Assembly (NCBI GenBank): GCA_964534565.1
Contig: CAZHON010000001.1
Span: forward strand, 36,152 to 100,151
DNA: 64,000 nucleotides
Source: an uncultured Candidatus Peribacteria bacterium
GTDB lineage: Bacteria > Patescibacteriota > Gracilibacteria > Peribacterales > Peribacteraceae
Direction: 5' to 3'
Both the position numbers and the translations under genes were made by a program. Below are positions 32,776 through 46,281 of the stretch, in pieces. The stretch's first letter is position 1; every line of letters starts with the position of its first letter. The notes under the pieces were generated by a model. That model was given only the letters and a program-made list of their open reading frames with translations. It had not been told where the DNA came from and ran no database searches.

Positions 32776-33758
32776 TATCCCAATAATTTTCTCTTCAACT
32801 GCAACGCTTTTGCTATCCACGGACGCAGAACCAACTGTTGTTCGTGCGGATACGAGATCAACTCTCCACCGAACTTTTCTTTGAAGCTCGAGATACCTGC
32901 CCATGCATGGTCAGTGCTTGCGCCCATCGGTGCGACTCCGAGGAGATCGTAGTGCACACACCCTTGGGATTTGCAGTGACGCATTGCTTCCCATTGGAGA
33001 AGGTACGGCGCCATGAGAGCGCGATGTTCGTAGGCAGAGGCACCGTAGTAGTAGATTCCGGTGGTGCCATGGACCACTCCCAAGAGCCCTGCAACCGGGG
33101 TTTCTTTCAGGTAACACAGAAGGAGGAAGGAGCCAGGTAAACGCTCTAGAAAGGCCTTATAACGTGTTTTTGGACCGATACCGAATTGATCTCGTTCGCC
33201 TGTTCCTTTGAGCAGGCGGTAGAACGCATCGATGTCGGTCGAAGAACGCACCGTCAAGTTCGATCGTTGTGCGACAGAAATGTTGTACCTCCCCTTCGGT
33301 TTCATCTGCGCGAGCATCTCCTCTTCTGTTTTTGTAAGATCGATGATGCGCGTGGCGTCGGGTTGTTCGTGACGAGGAGAGGAGGCAGTGCGCAGTATGC
33401 AGTATGCAGTAGGGTCGGTGAGCGGGGAGAGAAAAATACTGACGCAACGATCAGCTTTTGCATCTTCAATTATTTTTTCTAGCAAGCGTACTGCCAGCTG
33501 CGTACTGCCAGCTGCCGTGATCGGCCCGCGGGGGATGTCCCACACACTCAATCCAAAACTCGTTCGATCGATCGTCACCAGAGCGCTTCCAACGAGGCGC
33601 TCTTTTTCGTATGCGGTGTACAGACGCACCTTCCTCCCCAATGCTTCTTGGTACGTTTTCCATGCGAGCGATTGCCACAGGGATCCGTTGGGATGCGCGG
33701 AGATCCACTCATCGTATACGCTCAATTCTTCCGGTGAGTTGGCAAGTCGAATGTCCAT
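32775..33758 (-). CDS. FemAB family peptidoglycan interpeptide-bridge aminoacyltransferase
   Basis: WQSLAWKTYQE..G, MKPKGRYNISVAQR, and a C-terminal YYYGASAYEHRALMAPYLLQWEAM follow the FemAB/MurM layout. CATACT lies 7 nt upstream of the chosen ATG. Confidence 0.75.
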   Translation of the reverse strand: MDIRLANSPEELSVYDEWISAHPNGSLWQSLAWKTYQEALGRKVRLYTAYEKERLVGSALVTIDRTSFGLSVWDIPRGPITAAGSTQLAVRLLEKIIEDAKADRCVSIFLSPLTDPTAYCILRTASSPRHEQPDATRIIDLTKTEEEMLAQMKPKGRYNISVAQRSNLTVRSSTDIDAFYRLLKGTGERDQFGIGPKTRYKAFLERLPGSFLLLCYLKETPVAGLLGVVHGTTGIYYYGASAYEHRALMAPYLLQWEAMRHCKSQGCVHYDLLGVAPMGASTDHAWAGISSFKEKFGGELISYPHEQQLVLRPWIAKALQLKRKLLG

Positions 33759-33897
33759 TGCGGGCAGTATGGCAGGGGACGGCGAATAGCGCACCCTAGC
33801 CTATCAAAATGCCTCAATCTGACAAATGGAGAGCAATGACATCGTCTCCGTAAGTCGGTACCATCCAGGGCGTCTCAACGACACTTCCCCCTCAACC

Positions 33898-34506
33898 ATG
33901 CACACGCTTCCGCAATTGGAATACGCCTTCGACGCTCTCGAGCCACACATCGACGCAAAGACGATGGAGATTCATCACGACAAGCACCACCAAACATACG
34001 TCGATAAATTGAACGAAGCGCTCGCAAAGCATCCGGAGTTGGAAGACACAATGCTTGAGGAGTTGGTGGCCGACTTGGACATGGTGCCGGAAGACATTCG
34101 CACCGCTGTTCGCAATCACGGTGGAGGTCACTTAAACCACTCGATGTTCTGGGAGATGATTGGACCGAACGGTGGGGGACAACCATCGGGAAAGTTGGGA
34201 GAAGAAATTACGAAGACGTTCGGAGACTTCGCAAAATTCCAGGAGCAGTTTGCAGCCGCAGCCGCAGCACGATTCGGTTCCGGTTGGACGTGGCTTGTGA
34301 GCGACGAAGGAAAGCTCTCGATCATGAGCACAGTAAACCAGGACAACCCCATCACCGAAGGAAAGACGCCGATTCTTGGATGTGACGTGTGGGAACATGC
34401 CTACTACCTCAAGTACCAGAACAAGCGCCCGGACTACGTGAAAGCCTTCTGGAACGTCGTGAACTGGAAGGATTGCGAGGCCAGGTATATGGATGGACAG
34501 ATGTAG
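33898..34506 (+). CDS. Fe/Mn superoxide dismutase
   Basis: [32 protein letters not shown] ... [21 protein letters not shown] is the canonical Fe/Mn SOD. Confidence 0.9.
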   Translation: MHTLPQLEYAFDALEPHIDAKTMEIHHDKHHQTYVDKLNEALAKHPELEDTMLEELVADLDMVPEDIRTAVRNHGGGHLNHSMFWEMIGPNGGGQPSGKLGEEITKTFGDFAKFQEQFAAAAAARFGSGWTWLVSDEGKLSIMSTVNQDNPITEGKTPILGCDVWEHAYYLKYQNKRPDYVKAFWNVVNWKDCEARYMDGQM

Positions 34507-34543
34507 TAATTGACTAAAACAATTAATATTGTATTGTTTTAGT

Positions 34544-34906
34544 ATGCTTACGCACGAACAATTGCTTCAGCAGGATGCTCAAACTCTTCGAGAGTTGGGT
34601 ATTGAGAAAGTAGAAGAGCCATCGCGCGATCAGGATGCCGCCTATTCATTTGTTGCCTGGTCTGTCCGTACCGCAACGGCGCTGTTGTGCGACCCGAATA
34701 TTGAAGGGCAATTGTTGCTGAGAGCAGCTCTTGATCGTCAGTTACGACATATGCAGGTTCCTCTGGAGCATTATTTGGCCCATCGAAATGGCGCTGCACT
34801 TGATGTGCTTTCTGTGAGCGGCAAATTTCATGAGGCGCTTAGAATTGCCAAAGGAGATCAAAAAACCAGCCATTGGGGTCGTACGGATATTCATACAGTG
34901 ATCTAG
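34544..34906 (+). CDS. Hypothetical protein
   Basis: ORF 34529-34906 (TTG in the track) is trimmed to its first ATG. No family was recognised. Confidence 0.35.
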   Translation: MLTHEQLLQQDAQTLRELGIEKVEEPSRDQDAAYSFVAWSVRTATALLCDPNIEGQLLLRAALDRQLRHMQVPLEHYLAHRNGAALDVLSVSGKFHEALRIAKGDQKTSHWGRTDIHTVI

Positions 34907-34931
34907 AATTCCATCAACATATTCTTGACGG

Positions 34932-35195
34932 ATGTATAAAATGATTTACATTACCCGTATGGGTAAATGGGAAGACATTTGCGGGCAGTTCGGAGTCGAT
35001 CCTAAGGAAGCAGGGTCACTTGCGGGGTTTGATCCGTATGGAGCCGTCTCGAGCAGAGGTCGTCGACCGGATTACGATACGCGCGAAGATGAAGCAACTA
35101 TTGAGGCGAATCGTCGTGTTCGCCAACGCCGCGAAGATTATCAGCGAGCGCTCGAAAGAGGTCAGGCGTTGCCGTCGGAATACGATCGGGAATAA
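34932..35195 (+). CDS. Hypothetical small charged protein
   Basis: An ORF-track entry. ATG 34959 (MGKWED) is an alternative start. Confidence 0.3.
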   Translation: MYKMIYITRMGKWEDICGQFGVDPKEAGSLAGFDPYGAVSSRGRRPDYDTREDEATIEANRRVRQRREDYQRALERGQALPSEYDRE

Positions 35196-35275
35196 TCATT
35201 GAATGGGTATTGAAGTCGAAGGAGCCTGGCGCTATGCGCAAAGCTCCTTGATCTGCCGATCGTTGTTGGCTGCTT

Positions 35276-35425
35276 TTAGCGGCAGCCTTCGCGAATGCTC
35301 ACGTAGATCATGGTGAGAATTGCGAACGCCAAGGACCAACCTTGCCAGCCTTGGAACATCGGTTCTCCCAGATTTCGATCTTCGCTGCCGGGGAGTCTGT
35401 TGCCGCTGTTACGTCTTTTCGCCAT
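35276..35425 (-). CDS. Small membrane peptide (49 aa)
   Basis: My own translation is MAKRRNSGNRLPGSEDRNLGEPMFQGWQGWSLAFAILTMIYVSIREGCR. GGAGG lies 9 nt upstream of the ATG. Confidence 0.35.
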   Translation of the reverse strand: MAKRRNSGNRLPGSEDRNLGEPMFQGWQGWSLAFAILTMIYVSIREGCR

Positions 35426-35624
35426 GGGGCGAACCTCCAAAGAATAAATGGATCGGACAGTATGTTTATTTAAATATAATATAGTAAATATGTCAATCTC
35501 TCTTCTTTATTAAAGGGTACAGAAAATTTGACCCTTTTATGCTTTTCTCTACAATTCCTCGCGTCACAGCTGGTTTCGATTGAGTATTGAGCGCTGCGTA
35601 CGATGTTTCGTGTCTTCATGTGCA

Positions 35625-35650
35625 AAGTTCTCGCTCCGCTCGAACTGACA
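35625..35650. repeat. 27-nt repeat family, variant copy C
   Basis: AAGTTCTCGCTCCGCTCGAACTGACA. Confidence 0.55.
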
Positions 35651-35711
35651 CCGTGATCGTACGAACTCCGTCGCAGAGCTGTTTTCTTTAGACTTTTTCT
35701 CCCCACTCTCC

Positions 35712-38700
35712 ATGGCCAAGAAGCCCGCAAAGAAAGTTGCCAAGAAGGCAACGAAACCAGCCAAGAAGGCTGCTCCAAAAAAAGTCGTCAAAAAGGCGGC
35801 TCCAAAAAAGTCCGCTCCAAAGAAGGTCGCCAAGAAAGTTGTGGTGAAGAAAGTGGCACCGAAAAAAGTAGAGAAGAAGGTTGCTCCTAAAAAGGCAGCG
35901 CCTGCTCCAAAGAAAGTTGAAGTGAAAAAAGTAGAGAAGAAGGCAGCTGCACCTGCCGCAAAGAAAGTGATGGTGGGAAAGAAGGAGATCATCACGAAGG
36001 CAACGAAGGGCCAGGTGAACATGGGACGCGGAAAGTACGAGATGGATGTTGGAGAGGAAATCCTCCCACGCTTGGTTCCACACATTCCTGCAGCGAACGG
36101 TCGCGTTCCTGCGGTGTTCAAGGATTTGCCTGCATACTTGCAGCCAAGCAAGATGGTGGAGAACCGCGTATTCCTCACAAATGATCAGGGAATTACGCAC
36201 GTGCCATCTCTCATCGAAATGCAGATCGAAAGCTACAAGTGGTTCCTGACCGACGGTCTCAAGGAACTTTTGGAAGAAGTGAGCCCAATCACAGACTTCT
36301 CCGGTCGCAAGATGGAACTCCGCATTCTCGGACACACCTTCGATCCACCAAAGTACGATCCCGACACATGCCGCCGCCGCAACCTCACGTTCGAGGCTGC
36401 CATGAAGGGATACGTTCAGTTGATCAACAAGGAGACGGGCGAAATCAAAGAACAGGATGTGTTCTTGGGTTCGATTCCACTCATGACCGAGCGCGGAACA
36501 TTCATCGTCGGAGGAATTGAGCGTGTCGTGGTGCACCAGTTGGTGCGCTCACCGGGTGTGTTCTTCTCCCCAATGACAGAATTCCCAAAGTACCACGCTG
36601 CAAAAATCATCCCAAAGCGCGGTGTGTGGTTGGAGGTTGAAACCGATCGCCGTGGTGTCATCACCTGCAAAATCGATCGCAAGCGCAAGATCCCTGTAAC
36701 GCAGTTGCTCCGTATTTTCGGATACACAACGGATGCAGATATCTTGGATTTGTTCAAAGACATCAAGTTCGAAGCTGATCACGATTTCATCCAGGTCACG
36801 CTCGATAAGGACACAGCTGCAACGGTTGAAGACGCTTACCAGAGCATCTACCGCCGCATCCGTCCGGGTGACTACGCCACGGCCGAGAATGCAAAGCAGC
36901 TCATCGACTCTCTCTTCTTCGATTTCAAGAAGTACGACATGGGAACGATCGCTCGCTACAAACTCAACCGCCGATTCGGTGTTGAGACTCCAAGCGACGA
37001 AGCACACCGCGTGTTCCAGGTGAAGGACTTCATCGAAATCATCCGCGAACTTATTCGCCTCAACAGCGGCGAAGGTGCAGCTGATGATATCGACCACTTG
37101 AGCAACCGCCGCGTTCGCTCCGTTGGAGAGTTGGTGCAGAACAAGTACCGCGTCGGTCTTGCTCGCACAGAGCGCATTGTGAAGGATCGTATGACGGTGA
37201 TGGATTTGGAAACGGTTACGCCGACTCAGCTCATCAACTGCCGCCCAATCACGGCTTCCATGCGCGAGTTCTACGCTTCGTCTCAGTTGTCCCAGTTCAT
37301 GGATCAGACGAACCCACTCTCCGAACTTGCTCACAAGCGTCGTCTCTCCGCAATGGGTCCAGGTGGACTCTCCCGCGAGCGCGCAAGCTTCGACGTTCGC
37401 GACGTGCACACAAGTCACTACGGACGCATCTGTCCTATTGCGACTCCAGAAGGACCGAACATCGGTCTCGTTGTGCACTTGGCCGGATTCGCTCGTGTGA
37501 ACCCCTACGGATTCCTCGAGACTCCGTACCAGGAAGTGAAGCACGAATTGCCACTCGATCCAGATAAGTTGGTGGGTCGCATGGTCGGTGAAGACATCAA
37601 GGATGGTCGCAAGATTTTCCTCAAAGAAGGTGAAGTGATTAAGACGAAGGACATCGCGAAGAAGCTCTGCAGCCTCTGCAAGGCAGAAGGATTGGTCACA
37701 GCGCCTGTGCGCGCATTCGTGACAGGAAAGACGATGTACATGGACGCCGAACAGGAGCGCCGCCTGGTGATCGCTCAGGCTCAGAAAGCCGATGCCTACA
37801 ATGAATTTGGAGAGTTCGTCTCGGACCGCGTGTCCGCTCGTCGCCGCAACGATCCCGTGCTCGCAAACGTGCAGGACGTGACGCACATCGACGTGTCTCC
37901 AAAGCAGATTCTCTCGATCTCCACATCCTTGATTCCATTCTTGGAGCACGACGACAACACCCGCGCATCCATGGGAACGAACATGCAACGTCAGTCCGTT
38001 CCGCTCATCCGCCCACAGGCTCCGCTCGTCGGAACGGGTATGGAGAGCATTGCAGCTCGCGCATCCGGTCACGCTCTTCTTGCGGAAGATGACGGTGAAG
38101 TGACGTCCGTCGACGCCGACGAAATCACGATCATCGAAAAGTCCGGTCGCAAGCAGACATACAAGCTCGAGACCTTCCTCCGTGGAAACCAGGGAACATG
38201 CTTCCACATGCGCCCAACGGTGCAGCGTGGAGACAAGGTACACAAGGGTCAGGCAATCGGAGATGGAACTGCGGTGCAGGATGGAGAATTGGCTCTTGGA
38301 CAAAACCTCCTCGTCGCCTACATGTCCTGGCAGGGATACAACTTCGAAGATGCCATCATCATCTCTGACCGTGCGGTTGAACGCGGTGACTTCGATTCGA
38401 TTCACATCGAGTCCTACATCACAGACGTGCGCGAAACCAAACTGGGTCCAGAGACTGTGACGCGCGATATCCCGAACGTCGGTGAAGCAAAACTGAAGGA
38501 CTTGGATGCAGACGGTATCGTCCGCATCGGAGCAACCGTTCACGAAGGCGACATCCTCGTCGGAAAGATCACCCCAAAGGGTGAAACCGAACTGACACCG
38601 GAAGAAAGGCTTCTGCAAGCCATCTTCGGAGACAAGGCGAAGGATGTGAAGGACAGCTCTCTCCGCCTCCCGGGTGGAGCAGGAGGAAAGATCGTCGGTG

Positions 38701-39746
38701 TGCATATCTTCGATCGCGCACAGGGTGATGAATTGCCAACAGGAGTCATGAAGCAGATCGAAGTCTTCGTCGCCCAGACCCGCAAGATGCAGGTTGGAGA
38801 CAAGATGGCCGGTCGCCACGGAAACAAGGGTGTCGTCGCTCGCATTGTTGCGAAGGAAGACATGCCATTCCTGGAGGATGGAACATCCGTCGATATCATT
38901 TTGAACCCACTCGGTGTGACGTCCCGTATGAACATCGGACAGATCCTCGAGACCCACCTTGGTTGGGCTTGTGGAGTGCTTGGCATCAAGATCGCCACAC
39001 CTCCATTGGACGGTATTTCCACCGATCAAATCGCTCAATTCCTCACAGCTGCCGGTCTTCCAGAAGATGGAAAGGTTCAGCTTCTCGATGGACGCACAGG
39101 GGAAAAATTCGCACACCGCACAACGGTTGGAATGGTGTACATGTTGAAACTTCTCCACTTGGTCGAAGACAAGATTCACGCTCGCTCCGTCGGTCCTTAC
39201 TCTCTCGTTACGCAGCAGCCACTCGGAGGAAAGGCACAGCACGGAGGACAGCGCTTTGGAGAAATGGAAGTGTGGGCACTCGAGGCGTACGGGGCTGCGT
39301 ACACGCTCCAGGAAATGCTTACGATCAAGTCCGACGATGTCATCGGTCGCGCAAAGGCCTACGAATCCATCGTGAAGGGCGAAACGATCGGACGCCCATC
39401 CATCCCTGAATCCTTCAACGTGTTGGTCAAAGAACTCCAGGCTCTTGGTCTCAAGGTCGATCTGCTCAAGTTCAAGGAAGAAGTCGCTCCAGCTGAGCGC
39501 TTGCTCGCTGACGAAGATGAGATCGAGAAGGTTGAACTCCAGAGCCGTGTTGATGCTGAAGAGGAGAGCGAAGAGTCCCTCATGCCACCATTGGAACAGA
39601 TCGCTGAGCTGACGGACGGCATGCTCGAAGAGGACGAGGAAGTCATTGCCGGCGTCGAAGAAGGCGCTGAAGTCGAAGCCTCCGGCGAAAGTCAGAAAGA
39701 CGAAATGGCAGACAGCGTCTCTGAGGAATCGATGAACGACGCCTAA
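35712..39746 (+). CDS. rpoB: DNA-directed RNA polymerase beta subunit with a ~95-aa Lys/Ala/Pro-rich N-terminal extension
   Basis: The RpoB core is recognisable from ~aa 130 (SLIEMQIESYKWFL) through RFGEMEVWALEAYGAAYTLQEMLT. The N-terminus is AKKPAKKVAKKATKPAKKAAPKK... repeats. Confidence 0.95.
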   Translation: MAKKPAKKVAKKATKPAKKAAPKKVVKKAAPKKSAPKKVAKKVVVKKVAPKKVEKKVAPKKAAPAPKKVEVKKVEKKAAAPAAKKVMVGKKEIITKATKGQVNMGRGKYEMDVGEEILPRLVPHIPAANGRVPAVFKDLPAYLQPSKMVENRVFLTNDQGITHVPSLIEMQIESYKWFLTDGLKELLEEVSPITDFSGRKMELRILGHTFDPPKYDPDTCRRRNLTFEAAMKGYVQLINKETGEIKEQDVFLGSIPLMTERGTFIVGGIERVVVHQLVRSPGVFFSPMTEFPKYHAAKIIPKRGVWLEVETDRRGVITCKIDRKRKIPVTQLLRIFGYTTDADILDLFKDIKFEADHDFIQVTLDKDTAATVEDAYQSIYRRIRPGDYATAENAKQLIDSLFFDFKKYDMGTIARYKLNRRFGVETPSDEAHRVFQVKDFIEIIRELIRLNSGEGAADDIDHLSNRRVRSVGELVQNKYRVGLARTERIVKDRMTVMDLETVTPTQLINCRPITASMREFYASSQLSQFMDQTNPLSELAHKRRLSAMGPGGLSRERASFDVRDVHTSHYGRICPIATPEGPNIGLVVHLAGFARVNPYGFLETPYQEVKHELPLDPDKLVGRMVGEDIKDGRKIFLKEGEVIKTKDIAKKLCSLCKAEGLVTAPVRAFVTGKTMYMDAEQERRLVIAQAQKADAYNEFGEFVSDRVSARRRNDPVLANVQDVTHIDVSPKQILSISTSLIPFLEHDDNTRASMGTNMQRQSVPLIRPQAPLVGTGMESIAARASGHALLAEDDGEVTSVDADEITIIEKSGRKQTYKLETFLRGNQGTCFHMRPTVQRGDKVHKGQAIGDGTAVQDGELALGQNLLVAYMSWQGYNFEDAIIISDRAVERGDFDSIHIESYITDVRETKLGPETVTRDIPNVGEAKLKDLDADGIVRIGATVHEGDILVGKITPKGETELTPEERLLQAIFGDKAKDVKDSSLRLPGGAGGKIVGVHIFDRAQGDELPTGVMKQIEVFVAQTRKMQVGDKMAGRHGNKGVVARIVAKEDMPFLEDGTSVDIILNPLGVTSRMNIGQILETHLGWACGVLGIKIATPPLDGISTDQIAQFLTAAGLPEDGKVQLLDGRTGEKFAHRTTVGMVYMLKLLHLVEDKIHARSVGPYSLVTQQPLGGKAQHGGQRFGEMEVWALEAYGAAYTLQEMLTIKSDDVIGRAKAYESIVKGETIGRPSIPESFNVLVKELQALGLKVDLLKFKEEVAPAERLLADEDEIEKVELQSRVDAEEESEESLMPPLEQIAELTDGMLEEDEEVIAGVEEGAEVEASGESQKDEMADSVSEESMNDA

Positions 39747-39766
39747 TAGGTTCAAAACCAGCGTTC

Positions 39767-39796
39767 AAAACGGGTCCCGAAAAGGGGCCCGTTTTT
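39767..39796 (+). terminator. Intrinsic terminator of rpoB
   Basis: AAAACGGGTCCC-GAAAA-GGGGCCCGTTTTT. Confidence 0.8.
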
Positions 39797-39803
39797 GTAA
39801 TTC

Positions 39804-40143
39804 ATAAATTGTTCTTTCTTGTCAGGGCGACAAGAAAGAACGAAAGAAACGCTCCGCCGCCTATCGCTCCTCCACATCGCCCCGGGTCTCCTGTTTTCGC
39901 CTTCCAAGGCTTCAGGCGAAAACACTCGACGCGCTCGCTTCGCTCGTCGGGGCTGCCCCTTCACCCCCAAAGGCGGCGGGACACACTCCTTTAAAGAAGA
40001 AACCTGGATTCGTAACTTGGAAGTAATAGTGAGATCCGTCGACGCACCGCGGAACAGTGGGCGGGCAAGTGGAGTGTGGCGATTGCGTCGACCGCATTTT
40101 CTTCGTCCATTCTTTGTTGCACGGACAAAGAATGGACATTGAA
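39804..40143. ncRNA. Modular structured element, copy 2
   Basis: It has the same conserved blocks and stem positions as 14841-15171, with different stem sequences (GTTTTCGCCT/AGGCGAAAAC, CCCCG/CGGGG, GTCGACGC/GCGTCGAC, GTCCATTCTTTGT/ACAAAGAATGGAC). Confidence 0.6.
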
Positions 40144-40158
40144 GAATGAAATAGATCT

Positions 40159-41727
40159 CTAATTTTGCTCCACAAGCTCCAATACCGCCTTTCCTTGCTT
40201 CACTCCCTCAATTGCACGAATTACAGTTTCATCCGTTGGGTCCAATGCGAGTGCTTCTTCCAGTGCTTTCAGCGCTTCGGCAAAGTCCCCCTGCTGAGAC
40301 AGAAGAGCACCCATGCGAATGAAGGCATCGCGTTGCAGTGGACTCTGTTCCACGGATTTCTGGTACGCCTGGAGGGCAATATCCGGCTTCTTCACGTGTT
40401 CCAAGAGAAGTCCCAAATCGTAGTAGGTAATGCTGTCCGGGCGGATGGCGAGTGATGCTCCATACTCCATCGCCCCTCCTTGGATATCTCCTTTCTGTAC
40501 GAGAATTGTTCCCAAATTGGTGTGCGCCAAGTAGGAATTTGGTGAAGCCTCGATGCTGTAGCGGAAGAAGGACTCTGAATTGTGCCATGTGAGCGTTTGG
40601 CGAATGGAAAGCCCTGTGAAGAGAATGCTTAAAACCCCTAATCCTGCCCATGCAATTGTGGACCATCGGTGCTCGATCCATACGAAACACAAGCCCAAAA
40701 GAAGGAGTGGTCCCAGTGCGGCGATATATCCATAGCGATCGGACCCGACGTAAATATCCCACAACTGATTCTGACTGCGTGCGAGTGTTGCAAAACTTGG
40801 AACCAAGAATGCGATGAACCATGCCCATGCAAAGAGCGGCCATTTGCTCCATCGAACAGACGCGATGCAGACGATGGTGATCAGAATGATTCCGATGACA
40901 GAGAAGAGAAGATCAGGATTTTGAATCGAGACTGCCTGTGTGTAGGGGTAGAACGCAGAGAGGTGATAGGGGACGATGATGTGCCACAAGCTGAACATGA
41001 CGGACGCACACCAGATCAGCGTTTTCTCGAGCAAAATCGAACCTTGGCCAATTTTTCCAAAGAAGGCGATGGCTCCGGCAATGGCACTCAGAAGCCAAAA
41101 AGGCGCCGTTCGCATGGCACCGCGCATTGTCAGCCGCTCGCCCATGAGCCATGGGACAAGGAGGAACAGAGGAGGTGCGAAAATGACGCTGACCTTGGAA
41201 AGAAGTGCGCCTGCAAAGCACGCGATGCTGAGGATGAGATATCGACGTTCGCTTCGCTCTTGTGCAATGAGCCACAACAAGAAACTTCCGAAGAGGAATG
41301 TGCCCGACAGAACATCCTTACGTGCGCTCGCCCAGGCAACAGTCTCCGCATTGAATGGATGTACGGCGAAAATAGCCGCAACGAAGATCGCAGCAACTTC
41401 GTTCCTGGCAAGTCGTCGAACAATCGCAAAAACAAGAAGAGTGTTTGCAATGTGCAATGCAAGGTTTGTCCCGTGGTACATCCATGGGTCTAGTCCTGCG
41501 ATTGCGTAATTCAGTTGATAGCTGAGTGTCGTCAGTGGAACGTACAGTTCGGGATCGAAGGATGTGAAGGCGTGGTAGATGTTTCCAGGCGTAAGGCCAG
41601 CAATCCACGTATTCTGCACGATCAGCACCGTATCGTCCCACGTCACGAACTCTGCACTCAAACAGGCGCCAAAGGCGATGAGAGGAAGTGCAATAAGGAG
41701 GCCGAGAACCAGGCGACGGTCGAACAT
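40159..41727 (-). CDS. Multi-pass membrane glycosyltransferase with C-terminal TPR repeats (PMT/TMTC-like), paralog of 672-2558
   Basis: FVTWDDTVLIVQN after TM1, the ARKDVL motif, ~11 helices, and a C-terminal TPR region (GDIQGGAMEYGASLAI.., PDIALQAYQKSVE.., GDFAEALKALEEALAL). TAGGAT lies 6 nt upstream of the ATG. Confidence 0.7.
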   Translation of the reverse strand: MFDRRLVLGLLIALPLIAFGACLSAEFVTWDDTVLIVQNTWIAGLTPGNIYHAFTSFDPELYVPLTTLSYQLNYAIAGLDPWMYHGTNLALHIANTLLVFAIVRRLARNEVAAIFVAAIFAVHPFNAETVAWASARKDVLSGTFLFGSFLLWLIAQERSERRYLILSIACFAGALLSKVSVIFAPPLFLLVPWLMGERLTMRGAMRTAPFWLLSAIAGAIAFFGKIGQGSILLEKTLIWCASVMFSLWHIIVPYHLSAFYPYTQAVSIQNPDLLFSVIGIILITIVCIASVRWSKWPLFAWAWFIAFLVPSFATLARSQNQLWDIYVGSDRYGYIAALGPLLLLGLCFVWIEHRWSTIAWAGLGVLSILFTGLSIRQTLTWHNSESFFRYSIEASPNSYLAHTNLGTILVQKGDIQGGAMEYGASLAIRPDSITYYDLGLLLEHVKKPDIALQAYQKSVEQSPLQRDAFIRMGALLSQQGDFAEALKALEEALALDPTDETVIRAIEGVKQGKAVLELVEQN

Positions 41728-41879
41728 AGGCCCATCCTACCAGGCTTGTTCCATATTCCGTGAGAACCACGGAACACCGCATCCGATTGAGCCTTAGAAA
41801 GGAAGACGCCTCCGAAGCGGCAACGGAAGCACTCGTCGATTCCTACGATGGGTCCGTTCATTTCTTTCCCCATTTTTTT

Positions 41880-42263
41880 ATGCGATCTGTGAACAAGATC
41901 ATGTTGCTCGGAAACGTCACGCACGATGCCGAGTTGAAGAATACGACTGGAGGCCAGTCCGTTTGTACATTCGGTCTTGCGACCGACCGCTCCTGGAAAG
42001 ACCAGAGTGGCGAGCGCAAGAAACAGACCGAGTTCCATCACCTGGTCACCTGGGGTGGCCTTGCGGAGGTGTGTGGAAAGTCGGTGAAGAAAGGCAGTCC
42101 CTTGTACGTGGAGGGATACCTCAAGACCAACAGTTGGGAGAACAAGGAAAAGAAGAAGCAGCAGCGTACGGAGGTGATTGTGGAGAATCTGGTGTTCTTA
42201 GCTCCTAAAGCAGGTGCAGACGAGCAGGCGAATGATCACGTGGATGAGGTCGTGGCCGCCTAA
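41880..42263 (+). CDS. ssb: Single-stranded DNA-binding protein
   Basis: MRSVNKIMLLGNVTHDAELKNTTGGQSVCTFGLATDRSWKD....TEFHHLVTWGGLAE is an OB-fold SSB. The C-terminus lacks the usual DDDIPF tip. Confidence 0.85.
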   Translation: MRSVNKIMLLGNVTHDAELKNTTGGQSVCTFGLATDRSWKDQSGERKKQTEFHHLVTWGGLAEVCGKSVKKGSPLYVEGYLKTNSWENKEKKKQQRTEVIVENLVFLAPKAGADEQANDHVDEVVAA

Positions 42264-42288
42264 CAGGGGTGCCCGAGACAGGGTCAGA

Positions 42289-42316
42289 GGAAGGAGAAAA
42301 AATCTCCTTCCTTTTT
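42289..42316 (+). terminator. Intrinsic terminator of ssb
   Basis: GGAAGGAG-AAAAAAT-CTCCTTCC followed by TTTTT. Confidence 0.8.
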
Positions 42317-42318
42317 CC

Positions 42319-42346
42319 TTGACGGTCTCTCCGAACTCGATAGAAT
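42319..42346 (+). promoter_or_regulatory. Sigma-70-type promoter TTGACG-16-TAGAAT
   Basis: TTGACG is at 42319-42324 and TAGAAT at 42341-42346. Confidence 0.55.
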
Positions 42347-42352
42347 CTCCCA

Positions 42353-42437
42353 GCTCTATGAAGCTTCACGTCTACCCGTAGGAATAGTGAGTCTAAAAAC
42401 TATTTCTGCGGGTGTGCGTGAGCCACCCGCTTTTTTT
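42353..42437 (+). ncRNA. Candidate ~85-nt small RNA, or an attenuated rRNA leader
   Basis: It is bounded by the promoter above and by the strong terminator GCGGGTG-TGCGTGAGC-CACCCGC plus TTTTTTT (42408-42437), 200 nt before the 23S 5' end. Confidence 0.3.
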
Positions 42438-42640
42438 ATCCCCAAAACGGATAAAAACGCATGAGCTAGTCGAAGGGATTTTCCTTTCTTCCAGTTCAAG
42501 TGCCTGGGTGTGCTGCGTCATCGATGCCCCTTCACAACAACGGTCATCGAGAGAAAATTTTAAACCGACATGTGTGAGCACGTTTTGCTCGCGCATGTCA
42601 CAGAAACAGTACAGTTCAAAGCAGCAATGTTTTGAATTAT

Positions 42641-46139
<3,499 letters not shown>

Positions 46140-46281
46140 TCTGTCGTCATCTTCTTAGTCGCAAAAGCTAACGAAGCATCGGCGTACTGTTTCTATGGCA
46201 TGGCGGGCGAAATGTGCTCATACAACGAGCAATTTCCACGCTGTCGGTCATCATTTTCTCTTCGACGACATTGATTTCTGC

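Noticed and set aside
36549-39755. A 1068-codon ORF antisense to rpoB. Similar long antisense ORFs are 30079-31698 in the S-layer gene, 50247-51716 opposite lysS, 16399-17646 opposite gatA, and 54493-55014, 57960-58817 and 59313-59999 in the ribosomal operon.
   Set aside because: The three I checked (opposite rpoB, the S-layer gene and lysS) lie in the codon-aligned antisense frame: 39753-35712, 31696-28339 and 50247-49950 are each divisible by 3. That frame stays open wherever the sense gene avoids TTA, CTA and TCA codons, as strongly biased genes do. The translations are low-complexity and match no family. The sense genes are unambiguous.
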